A program made the translations under genes and the position numbers. A stretch of 59,840 bases of DNA. It comes from a virus. Lineage: Duplodnaviria > Caudoviricetes. The notes beneath the pieces were generated by a model. The model saw nothing but the letters and a program-made list of their open reading frames with translations, searched no databases and was not told where the DNA came from. The DNA lies in the IMG/VR virus record IMGVR_UViG_3300001336_000006, positions 1-59,840 of that record. One strand, written 5' to 3'. Shown here piece by piece: positions 10,473-19,761 of this stretch (position 1 is its first letter; every line of letters starts with the position of its first letter).

Positions 10473-11048
10473 ATGGTAGGTGAATGGTGTTACTTTAAAT
10501 CATATTTCAGTAAAGATTATTGTAATGAAATTATAGAAAAAGCAAAAACGATTCCGAGTCAGGATGCATATGTTGGCATCAACGGAGAAGAATCTACGAG
10601 TCATGAAAGCAGGAGAAGTGAGATCAGATTCGTAAATAGTGGCGACTGGATGTTTAAAGATTTGTTCGATGATTTGTGGTCAATGTGTATTCAGGCAAAC
10701 AGCGACTTCTTCAATGTTCATGTTACAAAGTTAGACTTCATTCAAATTGCAGAATATGATGCATCATATAAGGGCGAGTACAAAGCACACCATGATGTTT
10801 TCTGGTTAAACAACGATCCGTTCTATCACAGAAAATTGTCATGTGTCATTCAGTTATCTGATCATAATGATTATGAAGGCGGTGATCTGGAATTGATAGA
10901 CACTTCAACATTTCCAGATAAAAATGAAATGCGTCAACAAGGAACTGCAATCTTTTTTCCTTCATTCTTCACACATCAAGCACACCCGGTTTTGAGGGGA
11001 ACTAGATATAGTATAGCAGCATGGTTTGAAGGACCCAAGTGGAGATGA
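10473..11048 (+). CDS. 2OG-Fe(II) oxygenase (PKHD / prolyl-hydroxylase-like)
   Basis: HxD (HHD), RKLSCVIQLS, YEGGDL, distal His and Arg (HQAHPVLRGTRYS). Confidence 0.88.
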   Translation: MVGEWCYFKSYFSKDYCNEIIEKAKTIPSQDAYVGINGEESTSHESRRSEIRFVNSGDWMFKDLFDDLWSMCIQANSDFFNVHVTKLDFIQIAEYDASYKGEYKAHHDVFWLNNDPFYHRKLSCVIQLSDHNDYEGGDLELIDTSTFPDKNEMRQQGTAIFFPSFFTHQAHPVLRGTRYSIAAWFEGPKWR

Positions 11049-11057
11049 TTTATTATT

Positions 11058-11768
11058 ATGGAAAAATACAATGAACCTTTTGAGTATTATGTACTTGATA
11101 ATTTCTTAGAAAAAGAAGTTGCAGAAAAGTTATCAGAAGAGTTTCCTTCTTATGACTATGACAAATGGTTTTCATATGAAAATCCTCTTGAAGTAAAGAA
11201 AACAATCAATAATTGGTATGAGTTTCCATCAGAATCTTATAAATTTTTCAGTTATCTGAATTCGAGTTTTTTTGTTAACGTTATAAAGAAAATAACAGAA
11301 ACTGAAAATCTGTATTGCGATCAAGGTCTTCATGGCGCAGGTTGGCACATTCACGGCAACGGTGGAAAATTAAATCTACATCTTGATTACGAGATTCATC
11401 CCAAACTGAATCTATTGAGAAAGTACAATCTTATCATTTACCTTTCAAAAGATTGGAATCCTGAATGGGGCGGTAATCTTGAATTTTGGTCGCATGATGA
11501 AGAAACCAATTTACCAAAAGAAAGAAAGGCAAAAATTGATTGTGTTTTCAATCGTGCAGTTTTGTTTGATGCATCTCAGAATTCATGGCACGGGTTTCCA
11601 GAACCAATCAATTGTCCAGAAGGCATGTATAGAAAGAGTATTGCGATGTACTATCTAACCGACATTCCAGACAACATTCAAAACAGAAAACGTGCGCTGT
11701 ATAGTCCAACAGAAAAACAAAAAAATAATCCAGAAATAATTGAGTTGATCCAGAAGAGAACAACATGA
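11058..11768 (+). CDS. 2OG-Fe(II) oxygenase (2OG-FeII_Oxy_3/4, prolyl-hydroxylase-like)
   Basis: GGKLNLHLD, IIYL..DW.PEWGGNLEFW, FNRAVLF, SWHG, RKS. Confidence 0.88.
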   Translation: MEKYNEPFEYYVLDNFLEKEVAEKLSEEFPSYDYDKWFSYENPLEVKKTINNWYEFPSESYKFFSYLNSSFFVNVIKKITETENLYCDQGLHGAGWHIHGNGGKLNLHLDYEIHPKLNLLRKYNLIIYLSKDWNPEWGGNLEFWSHDEETNLPKERKAKIDCVFNRAVLFDASQNSWHGFPEPINCPEGMYRKSIAMYYLTDIPDNIQNRKRALYSPTEKQKNNPEIIELIQKRTT

Positions 11769-13483
11769 GTGAAAAAAAGTGTAAAATTGTGATGATAACG
11801 ATGTTCAAGAATGAGGCATCAGTTATAAAAAGAATGTTGGATTCGTGTTTACCTTATGTTGATCATTATGTTATGCAGAACAATGGTTCAACAGATGGTA
11901 CAGACGAGCTTGCAAAACAGTTTTTAATCGATAACAAATTATCTGGTGAAATTTACGAAGTAGAAGAAGGATGGGTTGGTTTTGGTTGGAATCGTGATCA
12001 CCTGATTCAATATTGCCAGAATACTGATCATGGTTGTGATTGGATTCTCAAGATGGATTGTGATGAAGTATTGGAAGTTGATGATGATTTTGATTGGAGT
12101 TTACTTGATGATAAGTCGATTCAAGCATTCCATATACCAGCAGTAAGTGGCACATGTATCTATCATAGAGCGTGGATGTATAATGCAAATCTGCCTTGGA
12201 AATTTAATCACGATCTTTGTCACGAGACCGTCTACTGCGATATACCAGAAATTGGTCAGAATTTTCAACGATTTGATTTGCCACCATCATTCAGACAAGT
12301 CGGCACAAATGAAGGACAAAGTTGGGGTGTACCCACTAAGTTTGTTTCAGATTCATTGAAACTGGAAGAAGAGTTGATTCGTGAACAATCAATGTTGGAT
12401 AGAGAATACCACTTTTGGTATCTTGGTAAAAGTTACACTGATGCTTATCCATGTAGTGCATTTCCTCTAGGACATTCACAACAAAGGGAGTATGCAAGAC
12501 GAAGTATATATTACTTTCAAGAATTTTTGAATCACAAGTATGGTAATAAAAACATTGTTGATACAGACGAAACTGCATACATGTCTTTAATCTTCATTGC
12601 AGAAGCGTATACATTCTTGAAAGAGTATGAATCAGCAATTGTTTCATATAAACTTGCAGAAAAGTTTGCACCAGAGAGAAATGATCATTTGATTGGTCTC
12701 GCTAATTTATATCAACAAGAAAAAGATTATGAAAATATGTTGCAAGCCACAACAAAGATGATGCAACCAGAAAGAACAAATCCTTTCCCTAAGTATTGCA
12801 ACTTCATTGACACATCAATGTACAACGATAGTCCAGTTGGCACCGTTCAACAATTGCATGAAATCGCTGTAGTAAATACAAAAGATAATGAGAAAAATAT
12901 GATTGAAACATTTTACATTAACAAGTTACCGCAGAAGAGATTGTTTGTAGTAGATAATTTCTATTCAGATCCAGATTCTATTAGAAATTTTGCATTAACG
13001 CAAGTTCAATATAAAACAGACTTGAACTGGTACAAAGGTTATCGTTCGGTTACTGCTTATCATCCACCCGGTATCGTTGGAGCATTCGAAGACATCATCG
13101 GACAGAACATAGTTTCATTTCCTACAGGAACTGTAAATGGTTGTTTTCAGATTATGATGGCGATTGATAATCAAGTTTGGCACTATGATGAGCAGAAGTG
13201 GGCAGCAATGATTTACCTAACACCAAACGCACCGATTGAAAGTGGTACAAGACTTCATCGTGCAAAAGGTAACAATCTAATCAGACATAAAAATGATTCG
13301 GGGGTAGACGAACACTTCAATGGTAATTTTTATGATAGTACAAAGTGGGACATTGCAGATTCTGCAGGAAACTTCTACAATAGATTAGTTATCATGGACG
13401 CACAATGTGTTCATTCAGCAGGTTCTTATTTTGGTGACAGTTTTGAAAATGGTCGATTAACACACTTATTCTTTTTTGATTGA
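11765..13483 (+). CDS. Fusion: GT2-like glycosyltransferase + TPR-like helices + C-terminal 2OG-Fe(II)-type oxygenase (DUF6445-like)
   Basis: KNEA..I.R.L, NGSTDGT, DCDE (DxD), HET; helical FWYLGKSY..AEAY..LANLY region; VVDNFY.DPD.IR, HYD, AAMIYLTP, YNRLV..H..RLT. Confidence 0.8.
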   Translation: MSEKKCKIVMITMFKNEASVIKRMLDSCLPYVDHYVMQNNGSTDGTDELAKQFLIDNKLSGEIYEVEEGWVGFGWNRDHLIQYCQNTDHGCDWILKMDCDEVLEVDDDFDWSLLDDKSIQAFHIPAVSGTCIYHRAWMYNANLPWKFNHDLCHETVYCDIPEIGQNFQRFDLPPSFRQVGTNEGQSWGVPTKFVSDSLKLEEELIREQSMLDREYHFWYLGKSYTDAYPCSAFPLGHSQQREYARRSIYYFQEFLNHKYGNKNIVDTDETAYMSLIFIAEAYTFLKEYESAIVSYKLAEKFAPERNDHLIGLANLYQQEKDYENMLQATTKMMQPERTNPFPKYCNFIDTSMYNDSPVGTVQQLHEIAVVNTKDNEKNMIETFYINKLPQKRLFVVDNFYSDPDSIRNFALTQVQYKTDLNWYKGYRSVTAYHPPGIVGAFEDIIGQNIVSFPTGTVNGCFQIMMAIDNQVWHYDEQKWAAMIYLTPNAPIESGTRLHRAKGNNLIRHKNDSGVDEHFNGNFYDSTKWDIADSAGNFYNRLVIMDAQCVHSAGSYFGDSFENGRLTHLFFFD

Positions 13484-13485
13484 TT

Positions 13486-14745
13486 ATGAAATTTAGTTTA
13501 ATTACTCCAGAACACAGTCCAGAAAATATTCCATTTTTATTGGAACTTTATGACTCAATAAAGGAACAGACTTATCAAAATTGGGAATGGGTCATTCTCA
13601 TTAATGGTAAATTTACACAAAACCATATTCCTTTGGAACTGATTGCAGATTCAAGAGTCAAGTTTGTTCAAGCACAAACAACGAGTACTAATATTGGCGC
13701 AATAAAAAACGAAGCATTTCATTCAGGAACTGGAGATGTTCTTGTTGAATGTGATCATGATGATATGTTAACGCCAGATTGTTTGGAAGAGTTATTCAAA
13801 GCGTATCAAAATCCAGAAGTCGGATTTGTTTACAGTGATAATGCAGTTCTTCATATGAATGGTGAGTTCGTTCCTTACGACCAATCATTCGGATGGACTT
13901 ACACAAATTTCAACTGGAAAGGTCGAGATTTAATTGCAATGAATTCTTTTGAACCATCAAGTCATTCATTAGGGTATATTTGGTACGCACCGGATCACGT
14001 CAGGTCTTGGAGAACATCTGTTTATAAAGAAATTGGTGGTCATAATCCAGAACTTTCTATTTGTGATGATCATGAATTATGTATTAGAACTTACCTTCAT
14101 ACTAAGATGTATCGCATACCCAAAGTATTATACATTTATAGAATTACTGGTAATAACACTTGGTTAGAAAGAAATGAAGCAATCCAAATTAAAACTGTAG
14201 AACTATTCAATGAATATGCACAAAAATTGGCAGAAAGAGATGCTGATATTAAAGGATTACTTAAAGTTGATATTGGTGGCGGTTTAAATCCGTATCCCGG
14301 TTACACGACAGTTGATCTAAGAGAAACTGCTGACTATGTTGCCGATCTGAATGAGGGAATTCCTTTAAATGACAATAGTGTTGGTGTGCTGAATGCAAGT
14401 CATATTTTAGAACACCTACACGATAAACATAAAATTATGGCAGAGATTCATCGTGTCCTCGCCCCCGGTGGTTGGGCTTTTATTGAAGTTCCCAGCACTG
14501 ATGGTAGGGGGGCGTTTCAAGATCCAACTCATGTTAGTTATTGGAACGAGAATTGTTTTCTTTATTATACAGACAGTTATCTTGGCGATTTTATTGATAA
14601 TAAAGAGATAAGATTTCAAGAATATCGCAGACAAACTTGGTTTCCTAACGAATGGTTACAAAAAATGAACGTGTGTGTGTCCACTGCGTGGTTAGTAGCA
14701 ATTGAAGATGGTATGGAAAGGTTGCCCGGTCCATTAAACATATAA
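13486..14745 (+). CDS. Fusion: GT2 glycosyltransferase + SAM-dependent methyltransferase
   Basis: FSLITP, QTY.NWEW, DHDD, IGGH..DDHEL; C-terminal DIGGG, SHILEHL, EIHRVLAPGG, DPTH; ATG at 13486 preferred over TTG at 13480. Confidence 0.85.
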   Translation: MKFSLITPEHSPENIPFLLELYDSIKEQTYQNWEWVILINGKFTQNHIPLELIADSRVKFVQAQTTSTNIGAIKNEAFHSGTGDVLVECDHDDMLTPDCLEELFKAYQNPEVGFVYSDNAVLHMNGEFVPYDQSFGWTYTNFNWKGRDLIAMNSFEPSSHSLGYIWYAPDHVRSWRTSVYKEIGGHNPELSICDDHELCIRTYLHTKMYRIPKVLYIYRITGNNTWLERNEAIQIKTVELFNEYAQKLAERDADIKGLLKVDIGGGLNPYPGYTTVDLRETADYVADLNEGIPLNDNSVGVLNASHILEHLHDKHKIMAEIHRVLAPGGWAFIEVPSTDGRGAFQDPTHVSYWNENCFLYYTDSYLGDFIDNKEIRFQEYRRQTWFPNEWLQKMNVCVSTAWLVAIEDGMERLPGPLNI

Positions 14746-14748
14746 ATA
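14741..14748 (+). promoter_or_regulatory. T4-type late promoter TATAAATA
   Basis: Exact gp55 consensus 25 nt upstream of gp13. Confidence 0.8.
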
Positions 14749-14773
14749 AGATAATAACAATAGGTAAAAGCAC

Positions 14774-15727
14774 ATGGCAAATCCTACTACCAGACACCAA
14801 TTTAAAGAATATTGTTTAAGGAGACTTGGACATCCAGTTATTCATATTAACGTGGATGATGACCAAGTTGATGACAGAATTGACGAGGCATTAGAATATT
14901 GGAACGACTATCATTTCGATGGTTGCCAACAAATCTATATGAAACACCAAATTCAACAAGCAGATATTGATCGTGGTTGGATTTATTGTCCGGATTCAGT
15001 TTTGTTTGTTACCGGGGTGTTGCCCTTTGATCAGTCCAATTCTTCAGTCAACATGTTTGACTTGAGATATCAGTTGCGTCTTCACGATTTGTATGATTTC
15101 ACGTCTGTTTCGTATGTTTCATATGAAATTACGATGCAACACATTAGAACGTTGAATCTTCTGTTCTCTGGCACACCAATGTTTAGATTTAATCGCCACG
15201 AAAACAAACTGTTTTTAGATATCGATTGGGGTAGAGATGTAAAACCCGGCGAATATGTAGTTATCAATGCATACAGAAGATTGGAACCAGATAACTTTTT
15301 AATGTCTGGGAAATCATCAACCGAATCTGGGTCGAACACTGTTATAGGTACTTCAACCGCATTCGATCAACAAATGCTTCCCGGCGACGAAATATCAATA
15401 GGTGGTGAAACCAGAAGAGTTATCGACATATCGTCTCCAACAGTAATGAACGTTTTTCCGGAAATGACAAGCACACAATCTGATCTTCAAATAATTAAAT
15501 CAGGGCAAACAGATGTGTGGAATGACCGTTTCCTTAAAAAATATGCCACAGCTCTTATAAAACTGCAGTGGGGCAACAATCTAAGTAAGTTTGCGGGTAT
15601 TCAAATGCCGGGGGGTGTGACATTAGATGGTGTTCGAATTGCTTCAGAAGCACAAGCAGAAATAGATAAGCTAGAAGAAGAAATGCAATCATATAACGTT
15701 CTTCCGAACGAAATTTTCATGGGCTAG
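14774..15727 (+). CDS. gp13: Neck protein gp13
   Basis: YCLRRLG.PVI.INVDDDQ, KLQWG.NL.KF.G.Q.PGGVTLDG; T4 synteny. Confidence 0.93.
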   Translation: MANPTTRHQFKEYCLRRLGHPVIHINVDDDQVDDRIDEALEYWNDYHFDGCQQIYMKHQIQQADIDRGWIYCPDSVLFVTGVLPFDQSNSSVNMFDLRYQLRLHDLYDFTSVSYVSYEITMQHIRTLNLLFSGTPMFRFNRHENKLFLDIDWGRDVKPGEYVVINAYRRLEPDNFLMSGKSSTESGSNTVIGTSTAFDQQMLPGDEISIGGETRRVIDISSPTVMNVFPEMTSTQSDLQIIKSGQTDVWNDRFLKKYATALIKLQWGNNLSKFAGIQMPGGVTLDGVRIASEAQAEIDKLEEEMQSYNVLPNEIFMG

Positions 15728-15728
15728 A

Positions 15729-16628
15729 ATGTCAACAAATTTTTATTTTAATAATTTCCCATATCATCAAGTAACAAGTGAACAACTTTTAGTTGAAGAT
15801 CTTGCGATTGAAGCTATGCAAATTTATGGTATGGATATTTTATATTTGACTAGATCAAGTAGAGATGATGACGGTGAAGATTATCTGTATGGTGAAGACA
15901 CATTAAAACAATATAGACAAGCTTATCCTATAGAAATGTATCTAGAAAACGTTTCGGGTATGGATGGCGAAGGGGACTTCATTTCTAAGTTTGGTTTGGA
16001 AATTAGAGATGAAGTTACTATGTTGGTTTCAAGAAGAAGATTTAAAGCAACAGTTCCTCTTGATCGAGCTAGAGAAGGCGATTTGATTTATATTCCAATG
16101 CTAAATTCGTTTTTTGAGGTTACTTTTGTCGAACATGAAAATGATCAAGCTATGTATTATACATTAGGTCGTGGTCGTGGTGCTAACGTTTATCTTTATG
16201 CGTTGAAATTGAAAAAATATGTTTTCTCGGAAGAAATTATTGATACTGGAATAGCAGAAATTGACGAGAATGCATTGAATTATTATAAGAGAACCCGATT
16301 GTCTGTTGCGAACACTGGTTCGGGAACATTCATTCCAAATGAAATTGTTTATCAAGGAACCAGTTTAACTGAAGCTACAGCTAAAGCAATAGTTTATTCT
16401 TATGAACCACATTCACATTTGGAAGTTATTCAAGTAAATGGTATGTGGGAAAGTAGTGCCAACTTGATCGGAACAACTAGCAATGCTTCTAGACCACTGC
16501 TTGTTGAAAGCGAATTTTCTCAAGTTGACGATAATATTTTTGAAGACATTGCTAACAATTTACAAATAGAAACGGAAGCTTCAAACATTATAGATTTTAC
16601 TGATAGAAATCCGTTTGGAGAACCATAA
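15729..16628 (+). CDS. gp14: Neck protein gp14
   Basis: EQLLVEDL, SKFGLEIRDE, EGDLIY.P, C-terminal NPFGE. Confidence 0.93.
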   Translation: MSTNFYFNNFPYHQVTSEQLLVEDLAIEAMQIYGMDILYLTRSSRDDDGEDYLYGEDTLKQYRQAYPIEMYLENVSGMDGEGDFISKFGLEIRDEVTMLVSRRRFKATVPLDRAREGDLIYIPMLNSFFEVTFVEHENDQAMYYTLGRGRGANVYLYALKLKKYVFSEEIIDTGIAEIDENALNYYKRTRLSVANTGSGTFIPNEIVYQGTSLTEATAKAIVYSYEPHSHLEVIQVNGMWESSANLIGTTSNASRPLLVESEFSQVDDNIFEDIANNLQIETEASNIIDFTDRNPFGEP

Positions 16629-17632
16629 TGTTAGGAAATGGACATTTTTACAACAGAACAATTAGAAAGATCGTTGTCGCTTTTGGAACGCTTTTTAATG
16701 ATTTACAGATTGTTCGTTACAGTAGAGATGGTAATACATCTTACGAAAGATTTAAGATTCCGTTGTCATATGGACCCAAAGAAAAATATGTTACACGATT
16801 ATCTTCTGACCCAGATTTGTTAAAAGTTTTTGGATCAGTAATTCCGAGAATGAGTTTTAATCTTGAAGGTATTGAATATGATCCATCAAGAAAACAGATG
16901 ACAATGAATAAAACTTTAAATGTCACTGAAGATAATTTTTATTATCAATATGGTCCGATCCCATATAATTTTACTTTCTCCTTATCCATTTATGTGAGAA
17001 ACACCGAAGACGGAACTCAAATTCTAGAACAAATTCTTCCTTTTTTTACTCCAGATTTCAATGTAACGGTAAATTTAGTTAAAGAAATGGATAGAAAATA
17101 TGATTTACCTATCATTTTAAATACAGTCACTCCACAGATTGATTATGAAGGTGATTTGGTTTCTACTAGATTAATTATTTGGGATTTATCGTTTACGGTT
17201 AAAGGTTTTATTTTTCCACCAGTAAAAGATGCTAGGTCGGATGGATTAATAACACAAGCGAATACTAACATATATGTTGACAGTAGAATAAGAGATTCTC
17301 AAAAAGTTTTTGTTGATTTTGCGAATGGGAATGGGGTTTTTACTACGGGAGAAACTATACGTGTAGAGAATCGACCTATTACTGGAACAGTAACTTATTT
17401 TAGTAATAATTCCACTGGTACATTGATAGTGGAAAACTTGTCAGACTTATTGCAAGAAGATCAAACAATAGTAGGTGATTACTCTAATGCTAGATATACC
17501 ATAGATATAGTAGATCTATCGCCAATCAAAGCTGTTGCAATCGTAACAACCACAGATCCTGTAGACGCTAATCCAAATGATGATTATGGGTTTATTGATA
17601 CTATCACAGAATATCCTGATACATTACTATGA
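16628..17632 (+). CDS. gp15: Tail sheath stabiliser/terminator gp15
   Basis: FY..TIRK.VVAFGTLFN, PL.YGPKEK, PRMSF, QILEQILPFF.P. Confidence 0.93.
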   Translation: MLGNGHFYNRTIRKIVVAFGTLFNDLQIVRYSRDGNTSYERFKIPLSYGPKEKYVTRLSSDPDLLKVFGSVIPRMSFNLEGIEYDPSRKQMTMNKTLNVTEDNFYYQYGPIPYNFTFSLSIYVRNTEDGTQILEQILPFFTPDFNVTVNLVKEMDRKYDLPIILNTVTPQIDYEGDLVSTRLIIWDLSFTVKGFIFPPVKDARSDGLITQANTNIYVDSRIRDSQKVFVDFANGNGVFTTGETIRVENRPITGTVTYFSNNSTGTLIVENLSDLLQEDQTIVGDYSNARYTIDIVDLSPIKAVAIVTTTDPVDANPNDDYGFIDTITEYPDTLL

Positions 17633-18057
17633 AAAAATTAGATGAGAACTTGTCGGAAATTTTTGACATTGAACCTATAACAAAAAAAGAAAAAACTGAA
17701 ATAGTTCCTGTTGTTGATGAACTTGAAGATACTAATTCAGAAATGGAAACAGATTTTGAATTTGCCAGAAATAACATTAAAGATCTTTTAAAAAAAGGTG
17801 ATTCTGCAATAGAAAATCTTTTAAAAGTTGCAGATGAATCTGAACATCCTAGAGCATATGAAGTTGCCACAGGATTAATAAAGACGATGGCAGATCTTAA
17901 TAAAGATTTACTTGAAATAAGAAAAAAGAAAAAAGAACTCGATGGAAAATCTGCAGTTGAAAATAATAACACTAGAATAGATAAAGCGGTTTTTGTTGGT
18001 TCGGCTTCCGAAATAGTGAAATTAATAAAAGGTAAAAACGACCCAAACAATGAATGA
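17629..18057 (+). CDS. gp16: Terminase small subunit gp16
   Basis: DFEFAR.N, SEHPRAYEV, VFVGS. Confidence 0.93.
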   Translation: MKKLDENLSEIFDIEPITKKEKTEIVPVVDELEDTNSEMETDFEFARNNIKDLLKKGDSAIENLLKVADESEHPRAYEVATGLIKTMADLNKDLLEIRKKKKELDGKSAVENNNTRIDKAVFVGSASEIVKLIKGKNDPNNE

Positions 18058-19684
18058 TTTATATTACTCAGGAAATATCAAGTTAAGAAAAGCTGGCGCA
18101 CAAATATCATATACTGAGGAGCAATTAGTAGAAATTGCCAAGTGTATCGACGATCCAATATACTTCATCAAGACCTACGTAAAAATTGTTAACATTGACC
18201 GAGGTCTCATTCCATTTGAAATGTGGGATTTCCAAGAGGAAATGGTTAACACATTTCATAATAATAGATTTTCTATAGCAAAGATGCCGAGACAGGTTGG
18301 GAAAACCATAACTTCGGCAAGTTATATGCTTTGGTGTGTTTTGTTTCAAGAAGATTTCAGTATAGCTATTTTAGCAAACAAAGGCATATTGGCGCAAGAT
18401 ATTTTAGGAAGAATTCAATATGCTTTTGAATATTTACCAATTTGGTTACAGCAAGGTATTGTTACTTGGAACAAAAGAAACATAGAACTCGAAAATGGTT
18501 CTAAGATAGCAGCTTATTCAACATCAGCTTCGGGGGTTCGTGGGGGAACTTACAACTTAATTTTTCTCGATGAGTTTGCTTTCGTACCACAGAATATGGC
18601 AAACGAATTTTTTACTTCTACATACCCAGTTATCTCTTCTGGTAAAACGTCAAAAGTTATAATTGTGTCCACACCAAAGGGTTTGAATCATTTTTATAAG
18701 ATGTGGGTTGATGCTGAAGAGAATAGGTCGATGTATAAAACCGTCGAAGTTCATTGGACAATGGTTCCGGGTAGAGACGAAGCATGGAAAGACGAAACTA
18801 TCAAGAATACCAGTCAGGAACAGTTTGAACAAGAATTTGAGTGTGAGTTCTTAGGTTCTTCCGCAACATTGATACCGGGTTCGAAACTTAGAACACTGAC
18901 TTTCAGGAATCCTAAAAAATCTGTTGATGGTATGGATATATATCGTGAAGCAGAAAAAAACAGACTATACATGATAACCGTAGACTGCTCGGAGGGTGTC
19001 GGTCAAGATTTTTCAGCTTTTTCTGTTTTCGATGTCACCGAAATACCTTATAGACAAGTTGCTAAATATAAAAACAATGAAATATCACCCTTATTTTATC
19101 CCACATTAATATACAACGCAGCAAGAAAATATAACAATGCTTTTGTTCTCGTAGAAACAAATAACGTGGGACAACAAGTCGTTGATATTTTACACTACGA
19201 TTTAGAATACGAAAATGTTTTAACTTTAGAAAAACACAATATTAAAGGTCAAAGCATTTCATCGGGGTTTAAAAGATCTTTGTCTTATGGTATCAAAACA
19301 ACCAAGTCTGTTAAAAAGATCGGTTGCGCTAACTTAAAAACCCTTATAGAAAATGACAAACTTCTTATTGAAGATTTTGACACGATTTCCGAATTAAACA
19401 CTTTTGTTAGGGTTCGTGATTCTTATCAGGCAGAAGAAGGTGATCATGATGATGTGGTAATGACACTAGTTTTCTTTGCTTGGTTGACTGCACAGAGTTA
19501 TTTTAAAGAGCTAACAGACTCTGATGTCAGAGAAAGAATGCTTAAAGAAATGGATATGCGTTTGGAAGAAGACATGTCACCAATTGGTTTTTTGGATGAA
19601 GAAGTATATAAGCAAGATACATTCAAAGAAGGTGAGGATATTTGGAAATTAGCAGAACTACCAAAAGAATTCCCTATGTATTGA
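18050..19684 (+). CDS. gp17: Terminase large subunit gp17
   Basis: PRQVGKT Walker A, LIFLDEFAF Walker B, STPKG, C-terminal nuclease HDD. Confidence 0.97.
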   Translation: MNDLYYSGNIKLRKAGAQISYTEEQLVEIAKCIDDPIYFIKTYVKIVNIDRGLIPFEMWDFQEEMVNTFHNNRFSIAKMPRQVGKTITSASYMLWCVLFQEDFSIAILANKGILAQDILGRIQYAFEYLPIWLQQGIVTWNKRNIELENGSKIAAYSTSASGVRGGTYNLIFLDEFAFVPQNMANEFFTSTYPVISSGKTSKVIIVSTPKGLNHFYKMWVDAEENRSMYKTVEVHWTMVPGRDEAWKDETIKNTSQEQFEQEFECEFLGSSATLIPGSKLRTLTFRNPKKSVDGMDIYREAEKNRLYMITVDCSEGVGQDFSAFSVFDVTEIPYRQVAKYKNNEISPLFYPTLIYNAARKYNNAFVLVETNNVGQQVVDILHYDLEYENVLTLEKHNIKGQSISSGFKRSLSYGIKTTKSVKKIGCANLKTLIENDKLLIEDFDTISELNTFVRVRDSYQAEEGDHDDVVMTLVFFAWLTAQSYFKELTDSDVRERMLKEMDMRLEEDMSPIGFLDEEVYKQDTFKEGEDIWKLAELPKEFPMY

Positions 19685-19698
19685 CAAATCTTAAAATT

Positions 19699-19706
19699 CC
19701 TAAATA
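19699..19706 (+). promoter_or_regulatory. Late promoter variant CCTAAATA
   Basis: TAAATA core in the intergenic region upstream of gp18. Confidence 0.6.
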
Positions 19707-19761
19707 AATGATAAAAATGAGATAAATTTCATGGTAATGAATAAATTAAGGAGAAAATAAT

